Below, piece after piece: positions 12,447 through 24,354 of a DNA stretch of 64,000 nucleotides. How positions within the stretch are numbered: position 1 is the first letter of the stretch; each line of letters starts with the position of its first letter. The notes beneath the pieces are model-generated. The model worked only from the letters and a program-made list of their open reading frames with translations. It was not told the DNA's origin and did not search any database. This stretch comes from Octopus sinensis. Its lineage: Eukaryota. The translations under genes and the position numbers were made by a program. The stretch lies in assembly GCF_006345805.1 (NCBI RefSeq), contig NC_043001.1:25544001-25608000 (forward strand), in the 5' to 3' direction.

Positions 12447-13370
12447 CATCTGTCCCTAAATAACACTGTTTAAAGGCACCGAACGAACCGGTAGCGGTTG
12501 TGCCTTACTTTATTAAAGGCACCGGTTGTACCGGTTGTATTTGTGCCAATGGCCTAAGTCATGGACACTGGCTCTTCCTTCAGACCAATCTGAAAAATCA
12601 AATAACAACTTTGAACTTTGATATATTGATCCATGTCCTTTTACTAATTTTAGTCATTCACCTGCAGCCTTGCCAATTAAATACTGCGTCACCTTCGCAG
12701 TATTTAATTGGGTTACTTTAAGAGAAATTTAAAGCTTTCAATTTAGTGAATACCTTGCATAACAAGGGACGTAACTCGACGGGGTAAATACCACATGGCA
12801 TCTTTGTTCCCTTCTCTGACACATATACACATTCGTTTAACTAGATTATGGCAGCAAGATAACATCTTACTCAAAATAGCCTCCCTTGGCTTTCACCACG
12901 GCTACAAGACAGCTCCAGAACCTGGAACATGCTATCCTCACAGTGTCCTTGAGAAGGTCTTTGAACACAGCCTTGATCTTGGTTTTAGTTTTAAAACATT
13001 TAAAAAATAACAACTGAGTGTCAAATTTATGAAGTATATTGAATAAACAATTTTGCGAGTCCTAATCGTACATATATGTATATATATGTAGCTATGCATG
13101 GGTCAGATAGAATTTGAGGTAGATATTTTTAAGACCAGATGCCCTTCCTGTCACCAACCCTCGCCTGTTTCCCAGTAAGGTAATATTTCCCCATGACCAG
13201 ACATGTCTTTCATGGTAAACTAGAATTTAACAACATGATGCCAAGAGAAATGTACACACACACACACACATACATATATGTTGTTTGGGCAAAATTTGAT
13301 GATCGTTTATGTTCCCTTTTTTTAAAAAACATCTTGATGTATTGGTTAACAGTCAATAGTATTGGAGAGC

Positions 13371-13591
13371 TGGCAGAAACGTTAGCACGCCGGGCGAAAT
13401 GCTTAGCAGTATTTCGTCTGCCATTACGTTCTGAGTTCAAATTCCACCGAGGTCGCCTTTGCCATTCGTCCTTTAGGGGTCGATTAAATAAGTACCAGTT
13501 ACGCACTGGGGTTGATATAATCAACTTAATATGTTTGTCTGTCCTTGTTTGTTCTCTCTGTGTTTAGCCCCTTGTGGGTAGTAAAGAAATA
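13371..13591 (+). mobile_element. SINE family A, head-truncated
   Basis: 13-bp TSD AGTATTGGAGAGC at 13358-13370 and 13592-13604. Confidence 0.88.
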
Positions 13592-13609
13592 AGTATTGGA
13601 GAGCATAAA

Positions 13610-14460
13610 GATTAAAGCTGTAGCTGTGATGAAGGACTGGAAGCCATCTGAATATTGGTAAAGTGTTTCTTGTATCATGATGATCCACACCAGGTATCAA
13701 AATACTGGCATCATAACTGCTGCTCAGTGTTCTGTGAACACTGTAAAGGTGGTAAGACACGACATAGACAGCTGCAACAGAGACTACAAAGCCGGGGCCA
13801 GCAGGAAGGGACATGGTAAGTGTTCTGATTGCATTTGCACATCAGGTTTCTTACCCTCACCTTTGACCAGGGCCTTAGGCTCAATTCAGACAGCTATGTA
13901 AAGCTACTGGAGACTGTGACCAGATCCTGGCTGAAGAAGGTTGCTGCTGTCTGGCCATATATGTGACAGCAGGATTCAGCTCCTTGCCATACCTCCAGAA
14001 AAAGTCAGAAGTTGTCAAAGAATTGCCATACCTCCAGAAAAAGTCAGAAGTTGTCAAAGAATTGGCATACCTCCAGAAAAATTCAGAAGTTGTCAAAGAA
14101 TTTCTATGACTTCACCAGCCCCAATTTCTGGCCTCTTAATTCCTCTGATAGTAATCCTATAGATTACTATATGTGGGGTGCAATTGAGAAGGACAACAAC
14201 CACTCTGCCTGCAACACCAAGGCTGAGCAGTTAGCCAAGATCAAGGCAGTGTTCAAAGACTTTCTCAGTGACACTGTTAGGACTGCATGTTCCAGATTCT
14301 GAAGCTGCCTTTTAGCCGTGGTGAAAGCCAAGGGAGGCTATTCCGTGTAAGCTGTTATCCTCCTGTCGTAATCTAGCTGGTTATTTTATGATCTTTAAAA
14401 ATGCGCTTATTTTTGGATGGGATATTGTGTTTTCTTTTCCATAACCTGAACGTCCTGTAT
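13610..14460 (+). mobile_element. Tc1/mariner transposase remnant
   Basis: QQDSAPCHTSRKSQK...FWPLNSSDSNPIDYYMWGAIEK matches the QQDxAPxH and WPxxSPDLNPxD catalytic-domain motifs. The right end ...CCTGTA|TA fits a TA target. Confidence 0.8.
13985..14101 (+). repeat. 39-bp tandem triplication in the transposase remnant
   Basis: TGCCATACCTCCAGAAAAAGTCAGAAGTTGTCAAAGAAT three times. Copies 1 and 2 are identical and copy 3 has two changes. Confidence 0.95.
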
Positions 14461-16606
14461 ATATATGTGTATGTGTGGGTGTACTCAGAATGGTGAATGA
14501 GAAGTGATTGGCCTGTTTGTGTATGCATATGAGCAGGATGGATAGCAATTTATAAACTCCCTCTGCCTTCCTCTCTCCAGCCTTCACTTGTCTCTTTTTC
14601 CCCTATTGTCTTTTATTTCTCTTCTTTGTAGTCCGGTCTACAGTGTGTGCTTGTTTTTTTGTGTGTGCAATTGTGTCTGTGTATTTTTTTTTATTTATCT
14701 AGTTTTAGCTCACAAGCTGTGGCCATGCTGGGTCTAGACTAACAGTCAGGTAGATTGACAGAGGAGGAGAGAGAGAGATTGAATTCCTAAGATGAAAAAT
14801 TGTCAGAAGCTATTGGTTCTTTTAACATTAATTCAGAATATTTTATTCATTAGTTCAGAAAGTTTTTTTTTTTTTCAATTTCCTTATGTTAGACTTCAGA
14901 CACTGAATTGATACTTTATTTCATTCAATTTCACTATTTTTACTACTGTATTTTAATTGGATCCTTTTTCATGTATTGTTATGTAAGTAGTATGTATAAT
15001 TTTTATGAGAAATATTTACAAGAATCTTTGATCATTTGCCTACAAAATATTGTATGATGCTTTTGTCTGAAATGTATAATAATGAATTCTAACGTTTGAC
15101 CTAACTGGACAAAAATTCTGACACTCAATCCCAAAATAGATTTAATTTGTGTAACTTAAGAAACCAGTTGAAATTTGGCAGCAAAAAAAGCGAAGCAAAC
15201 CAAATCAAAGTTGGATTAATAAAGGTGACGTGAACCCAATGAATATGTTTCTGAACCAACTGTGGACCCATGTCTTCTGCAGATTTATTGTTGAATTTCT
15301 AGACAGCAAACTTAATTCTACAGGCCTTGGTTTAGCTCTCCTGAGAATTTTATCAGCAACAGACTGATATCCTACCTTGATTTCTTTCCTGATAAACAGT
15401 AACATTTCCAAAGTTACACATAAGCTTCAACAATCTCAGAGTTCAAGATATTTACATTTATCAGTTGAAATAAATCCAGGAGAGTAGATGTTCAAAGAAA
15501 ATAATATTATACAGCCAAAGTAAGAGTGAACATATCTAACTGCACTAATGCTGTTGGGTAGAAATCATTGAGACAGGGTGCAGTAATTCAAGCAATTTGC
15601 CAGATTGGATTGGAGCCTGGTACAACCTTCTGGCTTGCCAGCCCTTGGTCAAACCATCCAACCCATGCCAGCATGGAAAGTGGAGGTTAAACGACGATGA
15701 CAACGATGATGATGAACTTGAGAAAGGAAATAGCAGAATAGGGGATTCATATTTATCCTTATGAGAAAAAGAGATTTGAATCCAGTTATGTATTAACTAT
15801 AACTAAGGCTATAATGGTTACTTGAAAATATAAGCAAAAGAGGTTTCAGAGATGTTCCTTCTACAGATGAATAAGAAGATTAGAAATTCTAACACCAAAT
15901 AAGTCACGTAGGCCCTACACAATATATAATACATTTAATTAATTTAATTTAATTCAATTCAATCATGAATTTGCATAATTTTTATATCTCTGTACAAAAC
16001 AATTGTCTGCATGAATTAAATTTCTCTCATATATCTTAACAACATCTCTTCTCCATTTTTAACTAAATTGTTGAGTTTTATGGGATTTCTATCCATAAAT
16101 TCACACACACATGTATTATTTTCATATTCACAAATTTGCGCCTATAAACGACCAGCAAAACATGAAGAATCAATATTAAAAATCTTTTTTGGAAACTTCC
16201 AAATTAAAGGACGAATCAAAATTCAACCTTTTTATACTTATATATATATATTTATTTATTTATTTATATTAAGGGCATTATTACACATAAATGCCTCATG
16301 CTTATCATAATAAATACACAGTGTATCGAACACAAGGGAATGCACTGTGTATTTATTATAGTAGTTTTCCCTTTAAGAGTCCCTAATAGCATGAGACATT
16401 TATGTGTAGTAATGCCCTTAATATAAATAAATATATTTAAAGGGAATAATTATAAATTTTCCCCTTAGAAGGTTTTCATGCTGACTACTTGATAAATTTT
16501 TGTAAAGAATTTATCCTATTTTAAATTTTATATATATATATATATATTATCATATCATTACTCTCTTAACTGATCAAGTGCTATGTTACCTGTTGAAAAT
16601 CATATC

Positions 16607-16640
<34 letters not shown>

Positions 16641-16949
16641 GCGCATAAGAGTTAAGGAATTGAGTAGATAAGATATACTCCATTCCTTAACTCTTGTATT
16701 CTTATTCACATACTTGGCAGCCCTGCTTGCCTGCCATGAATTATAAAAAAAAAAATTTCAGCTTATCACACTTCAATACAAAAAATTCCACAACCTTTCA
16801 TTTCAATAAACCACTATTGTTCCTGAAAGTTGTTTTTTATATTCACTACGGATTGCTTGAAGCTAATTTTCTTTGTACACCTTGATCCTTGGCTCTTACA
16901 TAGTTATATATATATATATTTCTTCTTTTTTACTGGTGAAAGCTGGTTA

Positions 16950-17008
16950 TAGGGTTACCTGGGTTTCTTACCATCAAGGGTACCTTTATGGTGTATCTTC
17001 AGACCCTA
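16950..17008 (-). ncRNA. Type I hammerhead-ribozyme-like motif
   Basis: The minus strand reads UAGGGU-CUGAAGA-UACACCAUAAAGGUACCCUUGAUGGUAA-GAAA-CCCAGG-UA|ACCCUA. It has a perfect 6-bp stem I, the CUGANGA and GAAA cores, an ACCAU/AUGGU stem II (base imperfect, no G10.1:C11.1 pair), a minimal stem III and a GUA cleavage triplet. Confidence 0.65.
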
Positions 17009-17044
17009 AGACCAGTTGGCCTATGGTCTCTTTAAAATAGGTCT

Positions 17045-17096
17045 TAGGGTCTGAAGATAAAGGTACCTTGATGGCAAGAAACCCAAGGTAATCCTA
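17045..17096 (+). ncRNA. Type I hammerhead-ribozyme-like motif (partner arm, stem II damaged)
   Basis: UAGGGU-CUGAAGA-UAAAGGUACCUUGAUGGCAA-GAAA-CCCAAGG-UA|AUCCUA. Stem I is kept through a G-U pair. A short deletion removes the 5' strand of stem II. Confidence 0.55.
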
Positions 17097-17975
17097 TAAA
17101 CTGGCCTTCACCAGTAATTAATATAGACTGTTCTACTTCTTAAAGTGTGCTTCTTCTCCAGATTTGTTTTTCTAAAAAAACGATATAAACTCTTAGCGTG
17201 AAAGAATGTTTCTGAAAGAAGAGATAATGACCGAAAAGTTAAGATAGTGATAATTGAAATATTGGAAATTAAGTTTCTTTGCTTGGTACTACATGCTGCA
17301 TTGTGAGTAAAGTAAACTGCTGTGTCTTCGTATAGCCATCTGAAAATATGCACTACTCAAATCTTACAATGGTAGCACCCCAATTGATGGGGGTAGGTAT
17401 GAGCTCACAAAAGGGCAGCAAATGTAATAGAGGTGTTGTGTTTTAGATGTGTCGTGATTTTTCTTAAAAAGTAAACCAAGTACACTGCTTATATATTTTT
17501 TTTTTAATCTTTGACGAGATTAACATTTGAATAAGATATTGTGTTATCAGTGAGCAGAAGCATGACTGATGATTTTCGTTATATAAGTTTTTGCCTTCTT
17601 AAGTAATTTCCATAAAGATTTAACATTTGGGTCACTAGGATAAATGAATATCTTAAAAGCGATACATACCAAATGAGATAATAAAAGAAAATGTGAATAA
17701 TATCAGATCACTGTACAAAATTAGCGTGTTTGATAAAAATTTTTGAAAGCAAAAATATGAGATAGGGTAAATTGCCACTCCATGAAAGGGGGCACGGATC
17801 CACAAAAGTTTGTGACATACTCATCGCAGATCAATCTTTCAGCTGTTTACACAAAATCTCTTCATTTTCAAACCCTTCTAAAACATGTTGATAGAGAAAA
17901 ATAAACACATGAGACAGATTATTTTCTGAAATGAATGACAACAGTTGGCAGACTGAAACTCAGGTTTCAAATATA

Positions 17976-20715
17976 TATCATCATCATCATCATTGATTAA
18001 CGTCTGTTTTCCATGCTGGCATGGGTTGGACGATTTGATTAAGGTCTGGAGAGCCAGCGGCTGCACCAGGTTCCAATCTGATCTGGCAAGGTTTCTATAG
18101 CTGGATGCCCTTCCTAACACCAATCACTCTGAGAGTGTAGTGTGTGCTTTTTACATGCTACTGGCACAGGAGGCAGTCATGCATACCTGGTAACAATCAA
18201 GTTCAGATGGTGCTTTTTACATGCCACAGGAATCAGTCAGGGGGCACCAGGCCCAGCTACGATTTTGGCTTTACTTGACACAACAGCTCTTCTGAAGCAT
18301 ATCATATTGCCCAACACATCAGGGGTATTCTTAACAGGGCCAGGCATGCGTGGCTGTGATCTCACTTTAGTTTCCAGGTCTTCTCAATCATAGCATATCT
18401 CTAAAGGTCCTGGTCTCCTGTCATTGCCTCTGTGAGGCCCAATATTCGAAGGTCATGCTCCACCTCCTCATCCTATGTCTTCCTGGGTCTACTTCTTCCA
18501 CAGGTTCCTTCTATATTTAGGGAGTGGCACTTCCTCACACAGCTGTCTTTATTCACACATAGCAATACCAGCGCAGTTGCCTCTCTTGCACACCACGTTT
18601 GATGCTTCTTATATCCAACACTTCTCTCAGGGCACTTACACTCCATCGTCTTTGCACACTGACATTATGCATCCAGCGGATCATACTAGCTTCATTTCTT
18701 TCAAGCCTACACATCCTCAGCAGTCATGACCCATGTTTCACTGCCGTTTAGCATAGCAGTTCATACACATGCATCATACAGTTTACCTTTCACTCTGAGC
18801 TAGAGGCCCTTAGTTGCCAGCAGTGGTAGGAGCTCTTTGAACTTTGCCCAGGCTATTCTTACTCTAGTCATTACATTCTCAGAGCAACCGCCCCCACTAC
18901 AGACTTGGTCGTCAAGGTAGCAGAAGCTATTAATTACTTCTAGTTTCTCCCCCTGGCATGTGATGGAATCTGTTTTCTGAACATCTTCAGTGTTTATTAC
19001 CCCAGTGCATCTACCACACACGAAAACTATTTTCTCTGTTTACCTTCCTTTGATATTGCTGCCCCTCTTACGTGTCCATAACTTACACCAAGTACATCAT
19101 ATGGAGTCTCTACCCATGCCTTTTCTACAGATCGAGCAGGGACATCTACCTGAAGTGGAGATGATTTAACAGCCTAACTACTTAACTTTGGCTAGGTTAA
19201 CCCTAAGGCCCTTCAATTCTAGACCTTGCTTCCATACTATAAACTTCATCTCCAGTTCTGGCAGTGATTCAGCTATAAGACTAAGGTCATCAGCATAGAG
19301 GAGCTCCCAGGGGCAGCCTGTCTTGAATTCCTCTATTATTGCCTGGAGGACTCTGATGAACAAGAAGGGTCTGAGCACCGATCTTTGGTGAACCCCTACT
19401 TGTACCCTGAATTCTTCACTGTACTCATTGCCAACACTCACCTTAATGGTAGTGTGCCTGTACAAGGCTTATACATCTCTCACCAACCACTCGTCTATCC
19501 CTAGTTTGGCATTGACCACCAGATAAGGGATTGGGGGACCCTGACAAAGGCTTTCTATAAGTCAACAGAAGCCAAGTATAGTGTTTTATCTTTGGCTAGG
19601 TATTTCTCCTGCAGTTGCCTTACCAGAAATATAGCCTCGGTGGTGCTTCTACCTGGCACAAAACCAAACTGCATCTCATCTAGACTAACTCTCTCTCTCT
19701 CTCTCTCTCTAATTAGTTGAGCTATGACTCTCTCCATAACTTTCATCACCTGATCCAACAATTTAATACCTCTGTAATTATTTCTATCTAAAGCATCACC
19801 TTTACCTTGATAGCAGTTGATTATGGTGCTGCTGCACCAGTCATTGGTTATGACTCCTTCATGAACCACCTGATTTACAATACAAGAGACTAGACTATAA
19901 CCCACACTGCCAGATATTTTAAGCATCCCAGCAGTGATTCCTGATGGACCAGGTGCTTTCCCTGTCTTTATATCCTTAATTGCTTTATCTACCTGGTCCT
20001 TCAGTTGGGTCAACCTTTGGCAGACTCACCTTTTCCCATTCATTCTCCACATTCAGCAGTCTTTCATAATGGCTTCTCCATGCCTTTTTCTTTGCTGAAT
20101 CATTAAATGCATGGGCACCATCATCCATGCGGACACATTTCTCTCCTATGACATCATGGTTTTCTCTCACACACTGTCTTGCAATCTGAAATACTTCAGT
20201 TCTCTGGTTCTCACATCACTGAACATTGGCAAACTTCTTTTCTGCTACTTGGCTATATATACCTGTCTCTTAGCTTCCCTTTTGGCTATCTGATACATTC
20301 TTCTGCTACCCCAACTCTTCCAGGCACTCCAAGACTGTTTTTTTGTTCTAATGGCCCTCTCTACTGTATTGTTCCACCACCATGTTACCATAGGTCTGGA
20401 AGGGACTTTGCACCAGCCACAGGTCTGTGGCACTCAGCAAGCTGTCTCACAGGAATTCCCAGCTGCCTTCTATGTCATAGGACTGTAGCTCCTCCTCCCT
20501 ATCATCAAATTTCTGGATAAGGATATCCCTAAATCTTTGACCATGTCAAGGGTTCCTAAGCTTTCAAGTCCTTCTTTTCCAGATTGGTCTAATTTTTGGC
20601 ATCCTTCTAGCCTTGAGTCTAAAGTCACTAATAATAAGTCTATGTTGTGGGGTACATTCTTCACCAGGGAGGGTCTTTGAATATACTTACTTGGAAATGG
20701 ATGTGTGGCGTTCAA
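17976..20715 (-). mobile_element. 5'-truncated RTE-like LINE (family 2, (GAT)n tail), decayed RT
   Basis: KTGKAPGPSG, NYRGIKLLDQVMK, QFGFVPGRSTTEAIFLVRQLQEKY, GVHQRSVL, WELLYADDL, VINSFCYL, then the family 3'UTR ending in (GAT)n. Confidence 0.88.
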
Positions 20716-20734
20716 TTAAAATAATAAATAGTAT

Positions 20735-21818
20735 GATCTGATGGACGTGTAATGTCAGTGTGCATCCACGACAGAGTGTAAGTGCCCTGAGAGAAAAGTT
20801 GGGTTTAAGAAGCATCAGATGTGGTGTGCAAGAGCGACGACTGTGCTGGTATGGTCATGTGTTGTGAATGAATGAGGACAGCTGTGTGAAAAAGTGTCAC
20901 ACCCTAGCAGTTGAGGGAACCTGTGGAAGAGGTAGACACAGGAAAACCTGATATGAGGTGGTGAAGCATGACCTTCAAACATTGGGCCTTACCAAGGCAA
21001 TGACTAGCGACCAGGACCCTTGGAGATCTGCACTGCTTGAGAAGACCTGACAAGCCAAGTGAGACCATAGCCTATGGCCTATACCAGTGGGTATAACCAG
21101 CCCATTTATGAATACCCTTCATACATTGAAAAATAAACCTTGCTTGTGAAGACCTATTGAGGCAAGTGAAATCAAAATGAGAATTGCTGACATGGCCGAT
21201 GCTAGTATCACCTGATTGGCACTCATGTCAGTGGAACGTTAAATGCACATCCGAACATGGAGTGCAACCGGCCCTCTTATGAGTACTCTTCGTTCATTGG
21301 ACAATGATCTTTGTTTGCGAAGACCTATTGAGGCAAGTGTAAACAAATCAAAATCGCCGATGTGGCTGATGACAGTACTGCCTCATTGACACTCATGCCA
21401 ATGGAACGTTAAAAGCACATCCGAGTGTGATTGTTGCCAGGTCCACGGATTGGCTCCCATGCCAGTGACACATGAAAAGCACCATTCGAGCGTGATCGTT
21501 GTCAGTGTCACCTTACCAGCACATGAAAAACAACATTCGAGCATGGTCATTGCCAGTGCCGCCGGACTGGTTCTTGTGCAGGTAGCACGTAGAAACACCT
21601 TTTGAGTATGGTCATTGTCAGAACCGCCTGACTGGCCCTCGTGCCGGTGGCACGTAAAAGCACCCACTACATTCTCAGAGTGGTTGGTGTTAGGAAGGGC
21701 ATCTAGCTGTAGAAACTTTGCCAGATCATATGGTGTAGCCTAACTCACCAGTCCTCAATCAAACCGTCCAATCCATGTCAGTATGGAAAGCGGACGTAAA
21801 ACGATGATGATGATGATA
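20735..21818 (+). mobile_element. RTE-like LINE family 2, 3' fragment
   Basis: RLCWYGHVL-type C-terminus, a tandem-repeat 3'UTR and the CCAATCCATGTCAGTATGGAAAGCGGACGTAAAAC(GAT)n tail. Confidence 0.85.
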
Positions 21819-22141
21819 TATATATAAGTTAAATTTCATACATGCATATGGTACATTAACTCCAATTTTTGTCAAACAGGTGAGTCTTCCCTGGGATGAA
21901 ACATTATAAACTACCATATTTCTGTGAAAATCTAATAAATTGTATGCTATCTAACTGTTCAGAGATGTATCAAAATACCTGTAGATAAGAACAAAGTAAG
22001 TTGTGTATTTCTCTTTTAAAAAGAAAAGAAATACATTTAACCAATCAGTTAAAGATAAAATAATTAGTCGCATCGTCCTAAATACATATCTCAGCCTTCA
22101 GGGGGAAGTAACTCCAAATTAATACCATCTCAGTGGCAAGA

Positions 22142-22325
22142 ATGGCTTGTAATCGTCTTGGTAAACTTTTGTTTAATAGATCTATACTTTTCCTGTGTGA
22201 TATGCAGGAAAAGTTTAGACCAACTATTCAATATTTTCCTCAGATAGTGGAAGTATCTGCAAGAATGTTAAGTGCTGCGAAGATTCTCGATATGCCTATT
22301 ATAGTGACCGAGCAATATCCTAAAG
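22142..22325 (+). CDS. ISOC2: Isochorismatase domain-containing protein (ISOC2-like), coding exon 1 of 4
   Basis: ATG at 22142 reads [61 protein letters not shown]. It carries the isochorismatase-family motifs LCDMQEKFR and TEQYPKG. Donor G|GTTAGT, phase 1. Confidence 0.93.
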
Positions 22326-22663
22326 GTTAGTGTGAATTTTCTCCTTAGCAGTTTCCTCGTAATATTTCATTTGCTGAATTGTAAAAAATTACTATAAAAC
22401 ACAGATTGTTTTTACTCAAGGAATGTAGTTTTTGTTTGATGTATGTTTCTTTGATAAATTATACACATTGAACGACAAGTTATTCGTACACATTGAAGGT
22501 TACTGAGTATACCAATAGTATAAACCGGTGCTTCGCAACCTTTTTTCATTTGTGGTACACATATTGTTTTTAGAATTGGGCGGTACATCTGAACTAAAAA
22601 AATATACGGAAATAATTATATTCAGGTTACGGTGATCCTTCGATATGAGGTGGGATTGCAGAG

Positions 22664-22797
22664 TTTGCCTTTCATCCTTTCGGGGTCGATATATTAAGTA
22701 CCAGTTACGCACTGGGATCGATGTAATCGACTTAATACCTATGTCTGTCCTTGTTTGTCCCCTCTATGTTTAGCCCCTTGTGGGTAATAAAGAAATA
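22664..22797 (+). mobile_element. SINE family A, 3' half
   Basis: TTTGCCTTTCATCCTTTCGGGGTCGAT...CCCCTTGTGGGTAATAAAGAAATA. Confidence 0.85.
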
Positions 22798-23213
22798 TAT
22801 ATATGTTTTCAGTGAGTTTTGTTACGCTTTAATAATTACAAGGCCCTGATTTAAGATTGCCAACTGACATATCAAGTACTGGGCTCTCTACTTCGGGGAA
22901 CTTTACTATAATTTAAGAAAAAGTTCGAAGTTCATCCGACCCTATTACGTAAATTTGTTGATGTATCAATATGTGAGTTTATCGAGCAAACAATTCAATG
23001 AAGTCGATAAAATAAAAATAAAGCACTAGGCAAGAAATGGGGTTTATATTAATTCGACTATCACCTTCCTCCAAATTTTAGGCGTTGTAAGAAATCGTTA
23101 TAAAATAGATGTTTTGGAGCCGTTGAATAGTAAATAGAAAGTCCCTCGACCGGCTAGCTATAGCAAACAAATCTACCGTAAATCCTCGAGTATAATCCGC
23201 ATTTTTTCCCCAA

Positions 23214-23480
23214 GGGCGATCTTTCGTCTCTAGTAGACCTTTCCGTCGATTACACAACATACTGTCTGTCTCCCACACCCCATCAAACACACACACACAC
23301 ATGTACAGCAATGCTCCCATGCACGATAACTTCAAAAGAACTTCCCTCGTCATACAATCGCTTTCTCTTAGTCTCTTTCGCTCTCATTACTTCAAAAGTT
23401 CCCGCAAGCCCATATGTAAAAAAAAAAAAATTTTTTACGGAAATCCACGGAAAGGTCTACTAGAGACGAAAGATTGCCAA
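23214..23480. mobile_element. MITE with ~33-bp TIRs sharing internal sequence with the arm of the 6324-7224 element
   Basis: GGCGATCTTTCGTCTCTAGTAGACCTTTCCGT pairs with ACGGAAAGGTCTACTAGAGACGAAAGATTGCC. The interior matches 7045-7195. Confidence 0.75.
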
Positions 23481-24354
23481 ATTATTTTCTAAGCAATGTC
23501 CGAGTCTCTATTTGCTGTCCGGCAATGTTTATTCAGACACATTTTGTGATGTCGGGCGCGAAAATACCTTAAGCTAAGCCTGAAAGCAATGAAGTCATAA
23601 AAGAATCATCCATAACTTGCAGCAAGCAACATTTATTAAACGTTATTAGTTATTTCTTTATTTTCTGCAAACAAAATGCACAAAAAAGCTACACGTTTAC
23701 ATTATGTTATATATACAATAATAATAAAGGACGTTACCATATACATTTTTACAAACCAGGGACGTTATATAGACCTCCTTGACTCAAGATATAGAAGGGG
23801 TGCGTATTACACACAAGGTTTAGGTTTTTCAGAGGTACAGCCCCCTAAAAATCCCCTGCGTATTATACTCAAGGGCGGACTATACTCGAGGATTTACGGT
23901 ACTTCGAATTACATCCTACCGTTTTGAAAGAGAGAGCCACAACTTATAGATAATAAATTAACGTTGGATTTATCTGAAAATTGCTGTATATTGACCATTT
24001 AATGCTGTTTCACACGCAACATTGATTAAAAACAAGCTAATTAGTATAGGTGTAACAGGGAAAGGGAAAGGAAGTCTTGCCCAGGTAAAGTTATTGAGTT
24101 GTTTGCGATGTTATTTGATTTAGTGATTCTCGAACTAATGAAAGTAAGTCAAACAAAAAAGATATTAGTGAAATTTTTTTTACCATCTCCTCTTTAATAA
24201 TGAGAAGACAAAATAAAGTTTGCTTTCATATAATTCTTTTCTCGGGGCTAATGCAGAATCGCCCCTCTCCTGGAAAAATACATTAAAAAAAAACAAATTT
24301 GGTACTATTTAAATACAGAGGTCCCGACGCATCTACATAACCCTAACCCTAATA

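Larger units (their letters stand above)
16933..17114. mobile_element. Palindromic non-autonomous element made of two inverted hammerhead-containing arms (probably Penelope-derived)
   Basis: 16933-17013 is the imperfect reverse complement of 17040-17114 (CTGGTGAA...GACC / GGTC...TTCACCAG), with a spacer of about 26 nt. Confidence 0.7.

Noticed and set aside
22133-22141. GTG start given by the ORF track for ISOC2
   Set aside because: An in-frame ATG in good context (AGAATGG) lies three codons later and gives a typical length.
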